Part shown: in pieces, positions 1 through 11,632 of the stretch
How positions within the stretch are numbered: position 1 is the first letter of the stretch
How the letters are laid out: each line of letters opens with the position of its first letter
Translations under genes and position numbers: made by a program
Notes under the pieces: generated by a model
Told to the model about the DNA's origin: nothing
Database searches by the model: none
Seen by the model: the letters and a program-made list of their open reading frames with translations, nothing else
Assembly (NCBI RefSeq): GCF_006345805.1
Contig: NW_021836149.1
Span: 149,022-213,021, forward strand
Length of the DNA stretch: 64,000 nucleotides
Direction of reading: 5' to 3'
Origin: Octopus sinensis
Taxonomy: Eukaryota

Positions 1-399
1 TTTAAACATTCTCATATAATCTTCCCCATTAATCTAAATATCTGTTGTGTCTAGGGAGAGTCTGAATATCTGCTTATCCATTTAACAGAAACAAAAATAC
101 ATTCTAAAAAAGATAGAGAAGCAATGTTTGAGGAATGCATAGCAGAATTGTCAAAGCATCAGATAAAACCTTTTGTCATTTTGATTTAATGGTCTTTACA
201 TCACAATTCTTCCCAGGGCTTTCTGTTTTAGCATTCAGTGAGGGGCTTGCTAAAATAAGTACCAGACAATAAAATCAGTGCTGACATTATTAGCTTTACC
301 CTAGTTGGCCATACTTCAGCATGGTCACAATCTAACAAGTGAAACCCATAAAAAATATAAATTGCTGAGGGTTAAATTGAGAAAATATGAGCACAATTT

Positions 400-695
400 C
401 ATCATCATCATCATCGTTTAACGTCTGCTTTTTAGGCTAGCACGGGTTGGACGCTTCGACCGGGATCTGGGAAGCCAGGAAGTTGCACCAGGCTCCAGTC
501 TGATTTGGCAGTGTTTCTACAGATGGATGCCCTTCCTAACGCCAACCACTCTGTGAGTGTAGTGGGTGCTTTTTACGTGCCACAGGCACAGGTATCACAA
601 CTACAATTTCCATTTGATATTTATTTTGATATTGATGTACTTGACTCAATAGATCTCCTCAAGCACAGCAGGTCACGTGCCACTGGCACAGACGT
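400..695 (-). mobile_element. 3'-end copy of an RTE-type LINE (family A) with (GAT)n tail
   Basis: Reads on the minus strand ...GCACGTAAAAAGCACCCACTACAC...GGAAGGGCATCCA...GACGTTAAACGATGATGATG. About a dozen copies occur in the window, and the copy at 35710-36240 is continuous with an RTE ORF2 C-terminus. Confidence 0.85.
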
Positions 696-865
696 TTATA
701 TTTGATTATTTGTCATTTAGTCCCTGCCAAAGACTTACCTTAATGAAAACTAAGAGTGTTTACTGTTGACAGAGTTTGTCATGGTAACGGATTTTCCTAA
801 CTGAAAATCTTCAGATTCTACTCTAACATTGCTTTTAATCTTCACACAATGAAATCAAATGCAAA

Positions 866-1128
866 TACCAGCATCGCCTTACTGGCACCTGTGCCGGTGG
901 CATGTGTAAAAGATTCGAGCAAGGTCGTTGCCAGTACCGCCTGACTGGCACGTAAAAGCACCCACTACACTCTCCCAGAGTGGTTGGTGTTAGGAAGGGC
1001 ATCCAGCTGTAGAAACTCTGCCAGATCAAGATTGAAGCCTGGTGCAGCTATCTGGTTCGCCAGCCCTCAGTCAAATCGTCCAATCCATGCTAGCATTGAA
1101 AATGGACGTTAAATGATGATGATGATGA
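866..1128 (+). mobile_element. Family A RTE 3'-end copy
   Basis: Same body as 400-695 in the opposite orientation; ends GGACGTTAAATGATGATGATGATG. Confidence 0.85.
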
Positions 1129-2169
1129 AAGGAACTAGAATCTGAAACTGCAATTTTGGGACTGTACGAGCATGTGAACCAATAACAGTAGATATTTTAT
1201 ATAAACAGTGCTGCTAATACCTCAATAAAGTATTTGTCAGGTGTTAGAATAAAAGCCTTTTAATGAACATCTATTCTTCCATTCTTGCATACTTCCAGTT
1301 TTTACCTGGTTGAGTAACTCAAGTAAGGACATCTTTATACAACAGTGCATATGCAGGTGCAATATATTGAACAAAGAGCAAATGAAATGTTCTCAGCAAG
1401 GTCTTCATTAACTGTTTGCAAAATTATATAATATGAGAGCACTAATAAAAAATCTTATATCTAATATTTAGTATTTTTGAAATAAAATTTCATGAAATTT
1501 GGTTTTATTTTGAAGCTGATTTAAATGCGGTTCAAGAATTTTATGGCTACAATATGAAGTTATCCTGAATTTTTATATCAGAAGTATCATGTATAGTTTT
1601 CAATAGAATACATTAAGAACTAAAGAAAACAAAAATAAAATAAATACAGCAATAACAAAGGAATCGTCATGGAATCCTGTAAAATCTTGATTTTACCAAC
1701 ATTGAAAAGGAACATGACTGCTTTATTCTGTCCCAGAAGGTTGTCGCTTTGGGGGATGTGTAGGAATTTCTAGTGCATCTGATTCATTTTGAAGAACATC
1801 AGTAAGCTTCTGGTGTTGCTTATTAGTCTCAGAATACCTCTAATTCAGTAGAGCAATGATCACTGACTTTCCAGTTGTGACCATCCCATCTTTTATATGT
1901 TCTTCCTGATTAAATCAGAGGTTTGATTTTGAGCAGAATTTTGCATCTATTTCTAGTAGACTGAGTCTAAAGGCTTCCGTGTTAGCTTATTTTCAGGTGA
2001 GATTTAACATTTGATGATTATCAAATAATTTAAAGTTTTTTAATTAAGTTTCCTTTATTTCAATGTTTCTGTTTTACTATTTTATAAAGCAAAACTAATG
2101 AAATCCTAATCGTGTAATCTTCATAGTTCTGTTTTCAACTTGGAATATTTATTTTACTATTTTATTTTG

Positions 2170-2900
2170 GACACAACGTTTGTGCTGACATAACAGTCCA
2201 TAATGCACGTGAAGCACGTGACACTATACTGACCAATTCGAAAATTGATTGCTTCATATTCCAGTAAATCTGTCAGCTAACCATTGTTAAGAAGCCACGA
2301 GAAGCTATCAATCTGAATGTTTTATATATGGTCACATATTCACAACAGTAAACGAAAAGTAAGTTTATTAATACCGCGGTGTAATTTCTCTACTAGATAA
2401 GTTTAACTAGTTTTAAGTAATATACATAACTTTACAGTTGAATTGTAATCTATCATTGAACACCTGCTACCGAATGAGATTTCTATGCAATATAGATTTC
2501 CCGTCAAACATATGGAACAATGCATATCATCATATGCTTCTCTCTTCTGTTATTCCTCTTGCACACAGTTAAATCTATTGACTTTTTATGGTTAAACCGA
2601 TGACCAATTGGGATTGATTGAATCATTCCGAGTTCATTGTCTGTATTTAGTTTCATGCTATCTTAGAATAATAATCAATATAAAGTCTAGTCTGATGCTC
2701 CCCTCTTTCCATCAATTCCACCAATTTCACTAAACGAAGTATTAAAATTAAATGAAATTGGTAAACTCTGTCTAATGAACACACGTAACTTCCAAACTCT
2801 ATTTGATATATTACGATATATTACAAAAATGAATACCTCCCCTCCGTTCACGGTGGGAAAATTGGTGTGCTGTTAAGAAACTCACTTTCAGAAAGTATGA
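2170..2900. promoter_or_regulatory. Candidate promoter or enhancer (CpG-retaining segment with tandem E-boxes and CCAAT)
   Basis: CACGTG at 2206-2211 and 2215-2220, CCAAT at 2233-2237, AAA|GTAAGT donor at 2359, and visibly more CpGs than the flanks. It does not match the SINE families in the window. Confidence 0.3.
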
Positions 2901-3030
2901 TCTGAAATTTGGTTTGTTTCACTCTGTAGCATCTTCAAGTGTCTTCTGATATAGACTCTGGCCTATTAATATTTTGAGAGTAAAATCAACAACCAGAAAT
3001 GGTGCAGAAGCTTGTATACACACACTACAT

Positions 3031-3036
<6 letters not shown>

Positions 3037-3078
<42 letters not shown>

Positions 3079-3189
3079 ATATGTATGTATACACACACAC
3101 AGATATATACATACATATATATATATATGCATACATATAAATATATATGCATACATATATAAATATATATATATATACATATATATATG

Positions 3190-3220
<31 letters not shown>

Positions 3221-3385
3221 ATATATACATATGCATACATATATATATGCATACATATATACATACATATATACATACATATATACATATATATATGCAT
3301 ACATATATACATATATATACATACATATATACATACATATATATATGTGTGTGTGTGTATACACATATATATACAGTATATATAT
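3037..3385. repeat. Compound (TA)n/(TACA)n microsatellite
   Basis: Direct inspection; source of the Y/I/H/T-rich ORFs at 2966-3486. Confidence 0.97.
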
Positions 3386-3479
3386 TTATATTCTTTTATT
3401 CTTCTACATATCTCAGCCATTTGACTGTAGCCATGCTGGAGCACCATCTTAAAGGGTTTCAGTAGAACAAATTGACTCC

Positions 3480-3660
3480 TGTACATTATTTACATTTCAC
3501 GGACATTTGACCTCATCTTGTTTGTTGTTAACACGCTTCGGCTGATATACTCTCCAGCCTTCATCAGATGTCTTGTGGAAATTTCGAACCTGGGTTCTCA
3601 TTCCTAAGGTATTTTTCGATGTTATTAAGGCAGCTGACAACCACTACGCCATATGCCCAT
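3480..3660 (-). mobile_element. Short element with a tRNA-like A-box head and a decayed hammerhead (PLE-like tail)
   Basis: Minus strand: TGGCGTAGTGG A-box (3641-3651), GGTTCGAAAT B-box-like motif (3581-3590), then GACAT-CTGATGA-A-GGCTG-loop-CAGCC-GAAG-C-GTGTT. Confidence 0.55.
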
Positions 3661-3687
3661 GGGCATATGGCATAGTGGTTGTCACAA

Positions 3688-3897
3688 CCTGGGACCTTGA
3701 AGACTGCTTTAATGCAAGAAGGTATACTAGTCCCTTGATATTTGGTATTCAATATTTCATCTATTCAATATGACAATCAATACTTCATTTCATTTTACTA
3801 TATATATTATTTATATTATATATTCTATATTCTACATTAATATTATAAAGAATATAAATAAAACAAAAAACAGAGTTGGAATTCCTTTGAATAATAT
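3688..3897 (+). repeat. Unclassified dispersed repeat, inverted copy at 44211-44430
   Basis: GGACCTTGAAGACTGCTTTAATGCAAGAAGGTATACTAGTCCC...GAATTCCTTTGAATAA matches the reverse complement of 44211-44430. Confidence 0.8.
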
Positions 3898-4209
3898 TTA
3901 TATTATTGTTTGTTTTTATGTTCAGTTATAAAAACAATTTTACATTAATCTAATGGGTTACTTTATACTTTTGCATATGTATATTATTCTTATTTAAGAA
4001 TAATATACATATATGTGTGAGTGCGTGTGTGTATAAATCCAAATTGAGAGAATGGAGGCATGTAAGTTCCATTCTACATATGTTTCCTAGCTAGCAGAAC
4101 TTTGGCAGCAGTAATTTGTCAACTAGCAGGACCCCACTAGGTACTCATCAGGCTGCTGATTACTATCTTCCTTTACTTAGATCCTTGCATCTTATATATA
4201 TCTATCTAC

Positions 4210-4271
<62 letters not shown>

Positions 4272-4324
4272 TTTATTATATATATATATATATATATTTG
4301 TATATAGTTAGTTGCCATGAACAG

Positions 4325-4520
4325 ATAACATACCCTTTTCTCTTCTAGACACAAGGCCCAAAATTTTTGGTGAGAAGGCCAGTTGATTAGATCCACCCTA
4401 GTATGCAACTAGTACTTAATTTATTGACCCCAAAAGGATGAAAGGCAAAGTCGACCTCAGTGGAATTTGAACTCAGAACATAAAGACAGATGAAATACCA
4501 CTAAGCATTTCACCTGGAAC
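4325..4520 (-). mobile_element. tRNA-derived SINE, family C (C2 tail)
   Basis: Reverse complement of ...TTCTGAGTTCAAATTCC...GTCGACTTTGCCTTTCATCCTTT...AAGTAC-AGTT... with the GGGCCTTGTG tail variant; related copies at 36565-36770 (-) and 45350-45560 (+). Confidence 0.8.
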
Positions 4521-5802
4521 AGATAATATACTGTAATCTAAAATGCAAACTAATAACACTTTAACAAGTTAGGGGTACCTGGTAGTGTCCATACAGGTAA
4601 AATGGTATAATGAGCAGTGAGTATTTACTTTTGAGATGTGATAATTAGGAATTGCTAAAATATTTGCCAAATTTAAAAATAAGTACAGGGTTGAAATTTG
4701 TTTACTAAAACCCTTGGAGGTAATGTCCTAGCATGCTGAAAATCCAGTCACTGAAACAGGTAATTGCATATTATTTTCTCCTCTGAAATATCTTTCTAAA
4801 GTTGTTGGAAAAAATGGTACCAATTTTCTGCCAATCTCATTGACTTCTTCAAAAAATTATAGGCCTGTCATTATAGAAAAATTAATAGAAGTAAAACTTC
4901 AATCGTATCCCTGTTTCATTCTTACCTTTAACTACAACTCAATGAACATAGCATAGCAAAGAATGATCTCTATCAGACATAGTGGCTCTAGTTACACTAG
5001 TTGAAGGCAAACGTCTTCACTGGTGTCCCAAAGACATTCTGAATGAAAAAAAAAAATGTAATATTTTTGCTGTTGTTTCTTTAAGTTTATCACACTTCTA
5101 GCCTGAAAGAGTCAATTAATATTTCTACGCTTCACATATTGAAAAGTAACATTCTCAGTAAATCCCTTATTTAATCATTCTCTCTTTCTATATCTCTCTC
5201 TTTCTCTCCGCTCTCTCTCTCTATTTCTATCCCTGTTTCTATTTCTCCTTTAGGTAGTATGTCACAAAATGCTGTCAGCATAATTTTTCTTTCAAATGTA
5301 ATGTTTTTCTGAAGATTGAATAGCTCCTTGAACACATCTGAAGCAGATTGTTATTTTCTTTCTTTTTAAAATTATAAAATAAAATAAAAATTCTGAACCA
5401 TACCTCAACAGAAAATTACATCATATTTTCCCTTAAGCTATGAGCCATAACTGTTTTCCTTGGGAACCAATTTGATGATAATCCCCACCCACTTGATAAA
5501 TATTGCCAATGAAAAATACAGAGACTGGATTCTATTTTCACAAAAAATATTCTACAGAGTATAGTTCTCTTGTTATAAAAAGGTGATTTTTTTTCTGTGG
5601 ACAGCTACATAATACAAATAATATTTTGAAAACGTTAATATAAAATAACATTAATCTGGCTTAAAGTGATGCAATATTGATTTTTTGCGAATGAGCAAAT
5701 GATTTCAGTTAATTTTATAGTACCAAAAGAGGAGGGGAAACACCTGGTATCTGGTATCCAGGATGGTCTGAGATTGATAAGATCCATGTATTGGATTGAT
5801 AA

Positions 5803-6112
5803 GATCCAACCACCTCTCAAGCTTCTTTGATAACGTCCAGGTTTCTGAGCCATATAGTAGAATTGGTTCGACTGTGGCTTTGAAGATTTCAAGTTTGAAG
5901 TCTCTACTTAGATTTGATGACCAGATCTTATGCATGTCATTACAGGCTGACCAGGCCATATCCTTTCTAGTTAGAAAATCTTTTCCAGATGATGATATGT
6001 ATGACCCAAGATATTTGTAATCAGAAACCATATTTAAGGGCGCATTGTTGAGAGTATGGATGATGCAATCACTGTTGGACAAGCACTTGTTTATATATTC
6101 AGTCTTGGCTTT
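5803..6112 (-). mobile_element. RTE-like LINE ORF2 fragment (end of RT and thumb)
   Basis: Translates to ...VSDYKYLGSYISSSGKDFLTRKDMAWSACNDMHKIWSSNLSRDFKLEIFKATVEPILLYGSETWTLSKKLERWLD, containing the FKYLGS and LLYGSETW motifs of non-LTR ORF2. Confidence 0.88.
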
Positions 6113-6444
6113 GGTCAGCCTGGGGCAATTGTAGAAAATGCTTACCCAAGGTGCCGTGCAGTGGAACCGAATCCAAAAGAACATGCTTGCAAAGAGAATT
6201 CCTCAGATACATTAAGGAAATGAAAATAATGAAAAGAAAATGCATGATGATGATGATGATGATGATGATGAGGGCTAGAATACTTTTTTTTTTATTCTTG
6301 ATCTACTCAATCAGAACTGAGCTGCGGGATAAACACTGACGATCAATGTGCCTCAAGATAAGGCCACCTAATCACGTCAGAAAAAAATTGTTCCTATTAC
6401 ACAAAGCTTTACTAAAAAGAAAGATTGAATACCATTTGTTTTCA

Positions 6445-6860
6445 TATCATCATCATCATCATCATTGATATCAGCAACATCGACATTGTCATTGCCATCA
6501 TTATTGTTGTTGTTGTTATCATCACTGTCATCATCAGCGTCATCATCATCCTTTTCATTATTATTGTCATCATTGTCATCATCATCATTATCATTGTTTT
6601 CATCATCTTCATCATCATCTTCATCATCATCATCATCGTTATCATCATCACTACCATCAACATCATCATCTTCATTATCAGCATCATCGTCAGCATCATC
6701 AACATCGTCGTCGTCATCATTTTCATCACCATCATCACCACCATCATCATTATCATCATCATCATCACAAGTGTCATTCTCATCATCATCATCATCGTTG
6801 TTGTTTTCATTGTCATAATCATTATCATCATCGTCATCATCATAATCATTATCATCATCA
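6445..6860. repeat. Long degenerate (ATC)n trinucleotide array
   Basis: Direct inspection; explains the poly-I, poly-S and poly-M ORFs at 6425-7035. Confidence 0.97.
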
Positions 6861-7612
6861 GTAGGATGTTACAGAATTTACAAATGGTTTTTGTTTTCCT
6901 CTTTATACATTCCTCATTTAAAACTTGGTCGGCAGGTGGGACGGGGGCTCCTAATTCTTTCTTTTCCCAACAAAAACAAAAGCAAAAAAAAAACAAAGAC
7001 AAAGCGAGAATCTTTGAAGTCCAATTATAGAACAAATAAATATTATATATTCATAACTCCATAACTAATTTTATATTTTTATAAATAGTCCTATTAAATG
7101 AATAAAACGCTAATAGTAAAAAGACATAGGAACAATATGTTGAATAACTAACTTATTTCTTATTTATTAAAGCAGTTTAATGGAATAATTTATTCCTACT
7201 GGTAATTTAATTTACATTTTTCAGAACTGTTTCTTGCAGATATTTATCAGTTTTTTTTTTGGGTTTTTGTTTGTTTGTTTTTGTTTTCAAGTCTTATGCT
7301 ATGAAGCGTAAGATATTCAAATTAAGTTACAACTATTTTGCAAGTTACTGTTGCATGTTCTGCAATGCAATGATTTTATTTTCAATACAATCTTTTTTTT
7401 TTTTTTGTTTTTGAAATAATCAAAGTTTTTATCCACATGTGTAATTAGTCATTCAAGTTTAAAAAATCTTTTTCCTGTGTAGATAAAAAGTAGGAAAATG
7501 GCCTTATTTCTGTCTCTGAGTTCAATATTTTGAGGTTTGTAAGAATATAAAAAAAAACAAAAAACAAAACAAAACAAATCGGTCAAATAAATAAAAAGTA
7601 TTTGCATATACA

Positions 7613-8045
7613 GGTGCAGAAGTGGCTGTGTGGTAAGAAGCTTGCTTCCCAACCACATGGTTCTGAGTTCAGTCCCACTGTATGGCACCTTGTGTAAGTG
7701 TCTCCTACTATATAGCCTCGGGCTGACCAAAGCCTTGTCAGAGGATTTGATAGACGGAAACTGAAAGTAGTCCATCGTGTATATATATATATTTCGAAAC
7801 GCGGAGTAGATGAAACAAAGACGACAGAAGAAGAGGAATTTTCCTTGTATTGTATGTCCTGTACTCTATTTTTTCGTTAAGAAAAATGTCCATTTCCTTG
7901 GTTTTGTGTTTATGTTTTCGTTTCTCATTGTGTTCGACGTTTTTTTGGTGTCCTGTACCCATATATGCATGTATATATACATGTAGAGGTAGGTACATAC
8001 ATATATGTATGTATATATGCATATGTTTTATTTTATTTATTAATT

Positions 8046-8086
<41 letters not shown>

Positions 8087-8354
8087 GAATTTACAAAAAA
8101 GCAAAAGACGAAGACAGGTGTGTAAACAACGAATGTGTGTGTGTGTATTTGTGCATCTGTGTTTGTCCTTCCCCCATCGCTTGACAACTGATGCTGGTGT
8201 GTTTACAAACTCGTAACTTAGCTGTTCAACAAAAGGAACTGATAGAATAAGTACTAGGCTTACAAAGAATAAGTCCTGGAGTTAAATTGTTCAACTAAAT
8301 GGGGTGCTCCAGCATGGCCACAGTCACATGACTGAAACAAGTAAAAGAATAAAA
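7613..8354 (+). mobile_element. tRNA-derived SINE, family B (CORE-like centre), with nested inserts in its central microsatellite
   Basis: Head GGTGCAGAAGTGGCTGTGTGGTAAG...GTTCAGTCCC, CCTTG-G-AAGTGTC centre, tail GCTCCAGCATGGCC-CAGTC...GTAAAAGA; foreign sequence at about 7790-7960 and 8083-8135. Confidence 0.88.
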
Positions 8355-8623
8355 TCCCCTAGCTAGGATTATATTTACAGCTACTAACCCTGGCCATAAA
8401 ACTGACACCTACACTTACTTCCTGCTGTGCCAAAGAATAACACTAGCAGCATCTGTCTGTCTGTCTGTTTGAATCCCTTTTATCTTCTTTACTTTTGTAT
8501 TTATTTTATTTTACTTTACTTTATCTTGTATTTCTTACTTTATCTTCCTTTATCTATATCTTTTGCTTATATTCATGATATTTTTATATTCTTCAGCAAT
8601 GCCATGTAAACTGCTTCTCTCTC

Positions 8624-8847
8624 AGCTGGCAGAAGCTTTAGCACACCGGGTGAAATGCGTAGCCGTATTTCGTCTGCCGCTACGTTGTGAGTTCAAATTC
8701 CGCTAGGGTCGACTTTGTCTTTCATCCTTTCGGGGTCGATAAATTAAGTACCAGTTACGCACTGGGGTAGATGTAATCGACTTTATCCCTTTGTCTGTCC
8801 TTGTTTGTCCCCTCTATGTTTAGCCCCTTGTGGGCAATAAAGAAATA
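8624..8847 (+). mobile_element. tRNA-derived SINE, family C monomer
   Basis: AGCTGGCAGAAGC-TTAGCAC head, GTTCAAATTCC B-box, GTCGACTTTG-CTTTCATCCTTTCGGGGTCGATAAA body, AAAGAAATA tail. Confidence 0.9.
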
Positions 8848-9088
8848 TCTCTCTGTACATTTGACCCCCACCTCTCTACTTATTATTCTTCTCCTTTCTC
8901 TTTTTCCCTCATACCCTCTACCGTTCTATTACAATACCCGTCTCTCTTTCTACTTACTTCTTCTCTCTTTAGCCAATTTCTACTATCTGGCACTATCATA
9001 CCATTATGAACCTTGAGCATGGAAGTATTCATCCTGGACATCTACAATATGAGGAATATTATCTTACCTGGATTCACATTGGAAATGT

Positions 9089-10752
9089 GCAATGACTGAC
9101 TCTTTCCAAGGCTTCTGCAACTACTTAAGTCATCCATGCTCTACAAACCTAGCTTAAATGCATGCAGTAGGACAGACTCTGCTAAATGCATCTACAGGTC
9201 AGGTGGTATTGTTAAAATGAGTAATGGATTGAGCCTTCTCTTCAAGAAGAAGAACAGTTGCTGTGTTAAGCTTCCACAGAATTTCTATTTTCCAAATCTC
9301 ATTCATGATATTTCTGACTGACACACGGCTGATAAAAGACTCTTACTAAGGTGATGGGCTGTGGGATCAAATCCAAAGCCATATAGTTCCAATGAATCAA
9401 AGGTGAGAAGGCTAAATGAGGGTCTCATTCACTGTCTCTAATTACATGAGTACCTAAAATAACTAGCAAAAGCATGATAGAAATTATCAAATCATACGCG
9501 ATAGAGAAGAACAGCCATAGTTTTTAGTTACTTGTACATTTTGATATGTCAGATACTTTACTTAGGTAAATAAATACTGATAATATATTTTAAATTAGAA
9601 ATTGAATTAGCCAAATAAATATTGATCTTTGGTCCTTATAATTTACCCAGATAGTCTCAGATATTTTCAAACATTTACAAACAATTATTCGAATGATTTT
9701 TCCTCCATCTCTACCTACACACAAAACAAGATAAGACTCTTAGTTACCATTAATTTGATTTTACCTATCTTCAGCAAATAGATATTTCTCATATAATTGA
9801 TCCGCTAAATATATGACAATCTAAATAGATTTTGATAGAATTGAAACTATAGCAATATTCTGAGATCCCTGATTCAAAGTACTGTTACTAAGGCAACAGT
9901 TGTAAACTGGTCAAGAACACAATTGTGGTCAGCTTGAATTCCCTTCTTTCCATCCTCATAGGTTCATTAGATTTAAATAGGTGCAAAGACATGTCAGAAT
10001 AATTGATTGGCAAAGTGAAATAGAAATTTTATTCTTAAAATAATGTCATAACCCTAACTGCTTGATATTATTGATTATCTGAGCAAATATTGGTTGAGAG
10101 GTTATTGCTTAAAATGACATATCAGTACAATATATTCCACCCTCTGACTGATTTACCTTCTTTTAATCTGATTACTTGTAGTCGTTTCTTTTTGACATTG
10201 CTATTGAGAAAGGAATAAACAGCACAAAATCCTATTTCCCTTCTTCTATAAATTTGAAGCTCTTTTCCAATGTCAGAAATCAATCACACAAATAACTGAT
10301 ACTATCTCGTATTTAGTATTACATTCCTTGTTTTGGATTTCAGAAGATCAATACAGAGTGAGCAGCTCTTTCTTCAGACAATTCCAGTATTACACATCTT
10401 CTAAATATACCTAGCCAGTTCTTTTTGTAATTGCATTGTCAAAGTGGCAATGGCAATGACTGACTCTTTCCAAGGCCTCTGCAACTACTTAAGTCATCCA
10501 TGCTCTACAAACCTAGCTTAAATGCATGCGGTAGGATGGACTCTGCTAAATGCATCTACAGGTCAGGTGGTATTGTTAAAATGGGTAATGGATTGAGCCT
10601 ACTCTTCAAGAAAAGGAACAGTTGCTGTGTTAAGCTTCCACAGAATTTCTATTTACCAAATCTCATTCATGATATTTTTGGCTGACACAAGGCTGATAAA
10701 AGGCTATTGCTAAGGTGATGGGCTCTGGGATCAAATCCAAAGCCATATAGTT
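9089..10752 (+). repeat. Pair of 300-bp direct repeats (9089-9388 and 10453-10752)
   Basis: GCAATGACTGACTCTTTCC...AAAGCCATATAGTT present twice, 1364 bp apart, with scattered substitutions. Confidence 0.95.
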
Positions 10753-11114
10753 GTCAAGCAAATTTCTTAAGTGTGCAGCCATTTTGCACCCTATGTTAGA
10801 AATATAAATACTATATTATATCATCATCACCACCACCGTCACCATCATCACTATCATTATCATCATCATATCATCATTATCATTATTTGGTACCCAGTTT
10901 CCATGTACATATGGACAGGACAGTTTAAAAGAATCTGCTACCTCACAAGACTGTCTCATTCTCCAGTGTCTTCTTTGGCATAATTTCTATGATGAGAGAC
11001 CCTCCATCAGTGATTATGTGAACTTATTATATTATATGCTTTAGCATCTCATGTAAATTTATTTTTCATTATAGACATTCAATCTTTGACTTGAACCATC
11101 ATCATCCATTGGGC

Positions 11115-11632
11115 AATAAATTGGACTTGCGAAGACCTGTTGAGTGAAGTCATAGAAGTCAGTACCGCCTGATTGGCACCTATGCTGGTGGCATATAAAA
11201 AGCACCATTCGAGCATGGTCAATGCCTGTGCCGCCTGACAGTTCCCATGCCAGTAGCACGTAAAAAGCACCATTCAAGTGTGATCATTGCCAGTTCTGGC
11301 AGACAGGCTCCCATACCGATGGCATGTAAAAAGCACCATTCGAGTGTGATCATTGCCAGTGCTGCCTGACTGACTCACATGCTGGTGGCACATAAAAAGT
11401 AGCATTGAAGTGTGGCCGATGCCAGTACTGCTTGACTATCCCTCATGCCAGTGACATATAAAAAGCACCCACTACACTGTCGGAGTGGTTGGTGTGAGGA
11501 AGGACATCCAGCTGTAGAAACTTTGCCAGATCAGATTGGAGCTTGATGCAGCCTTCTAGCTTGTCAGCCCTGTCAAACCGTCCAGCTCATGCCAGCATGG
11601 AAAGCAGATGTTAAATGACGATGAGGATGATG
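11115..11632 (+). mobile_element. Family A RTE 3'-end copy with five internal ~65-bp modules
   Basis: AAAAAGCACC-type motif recurs near 11197, 11262, 11328, 11393 and 11460, followed by the standard family A end. Confidence 0.88.

Noticed and set aside
738-799. Minus-strand exon with TTTTCAG acceptor and AAG|GTAAGT donor
   Set aside because: Stop codons in all three frames; it could only be untranslated, and there is no other support.
1723-1839. Minus-strand terminal exon RYSETNKQHQKLTDVLQNESDALEIPTHPPKRQPSGTE*
   Set aside because: Protein-like, but the acceptor has no pyrimidine tract and lies at the edge of a decayed repeat; 38 codons is within chance.
2966-3486. Long ORFs rich in Y/I/H/T/C/V (also 16375-17350, 21227-21807, 29688-30718, 34427-34732, 41811-42091)
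   Set aside because: They are translations of TA-, CA- and TATC-based microsatellites, which lack stop codons in several frames.
6425-7035. Poly-Ile, poly-Ser and poly-Met ORFs of about 200 aa
   Set aside because: (ATC)n array open on both strands; no splice or codon evidence.
9089-10752. LTR pair of a TRIM or LTR retrotransposon
   Set aside because: No TG...CA ends, primer-binding site, polypurine tract or target duplication.
11155-11470. CRISPR-like appearance of a regularly spaced AAAAAGCACC motif
   Set aside because: The intervening sequences are homologous to each other, so this is a tandem repeat within a LINE end in a eukaryotic context.
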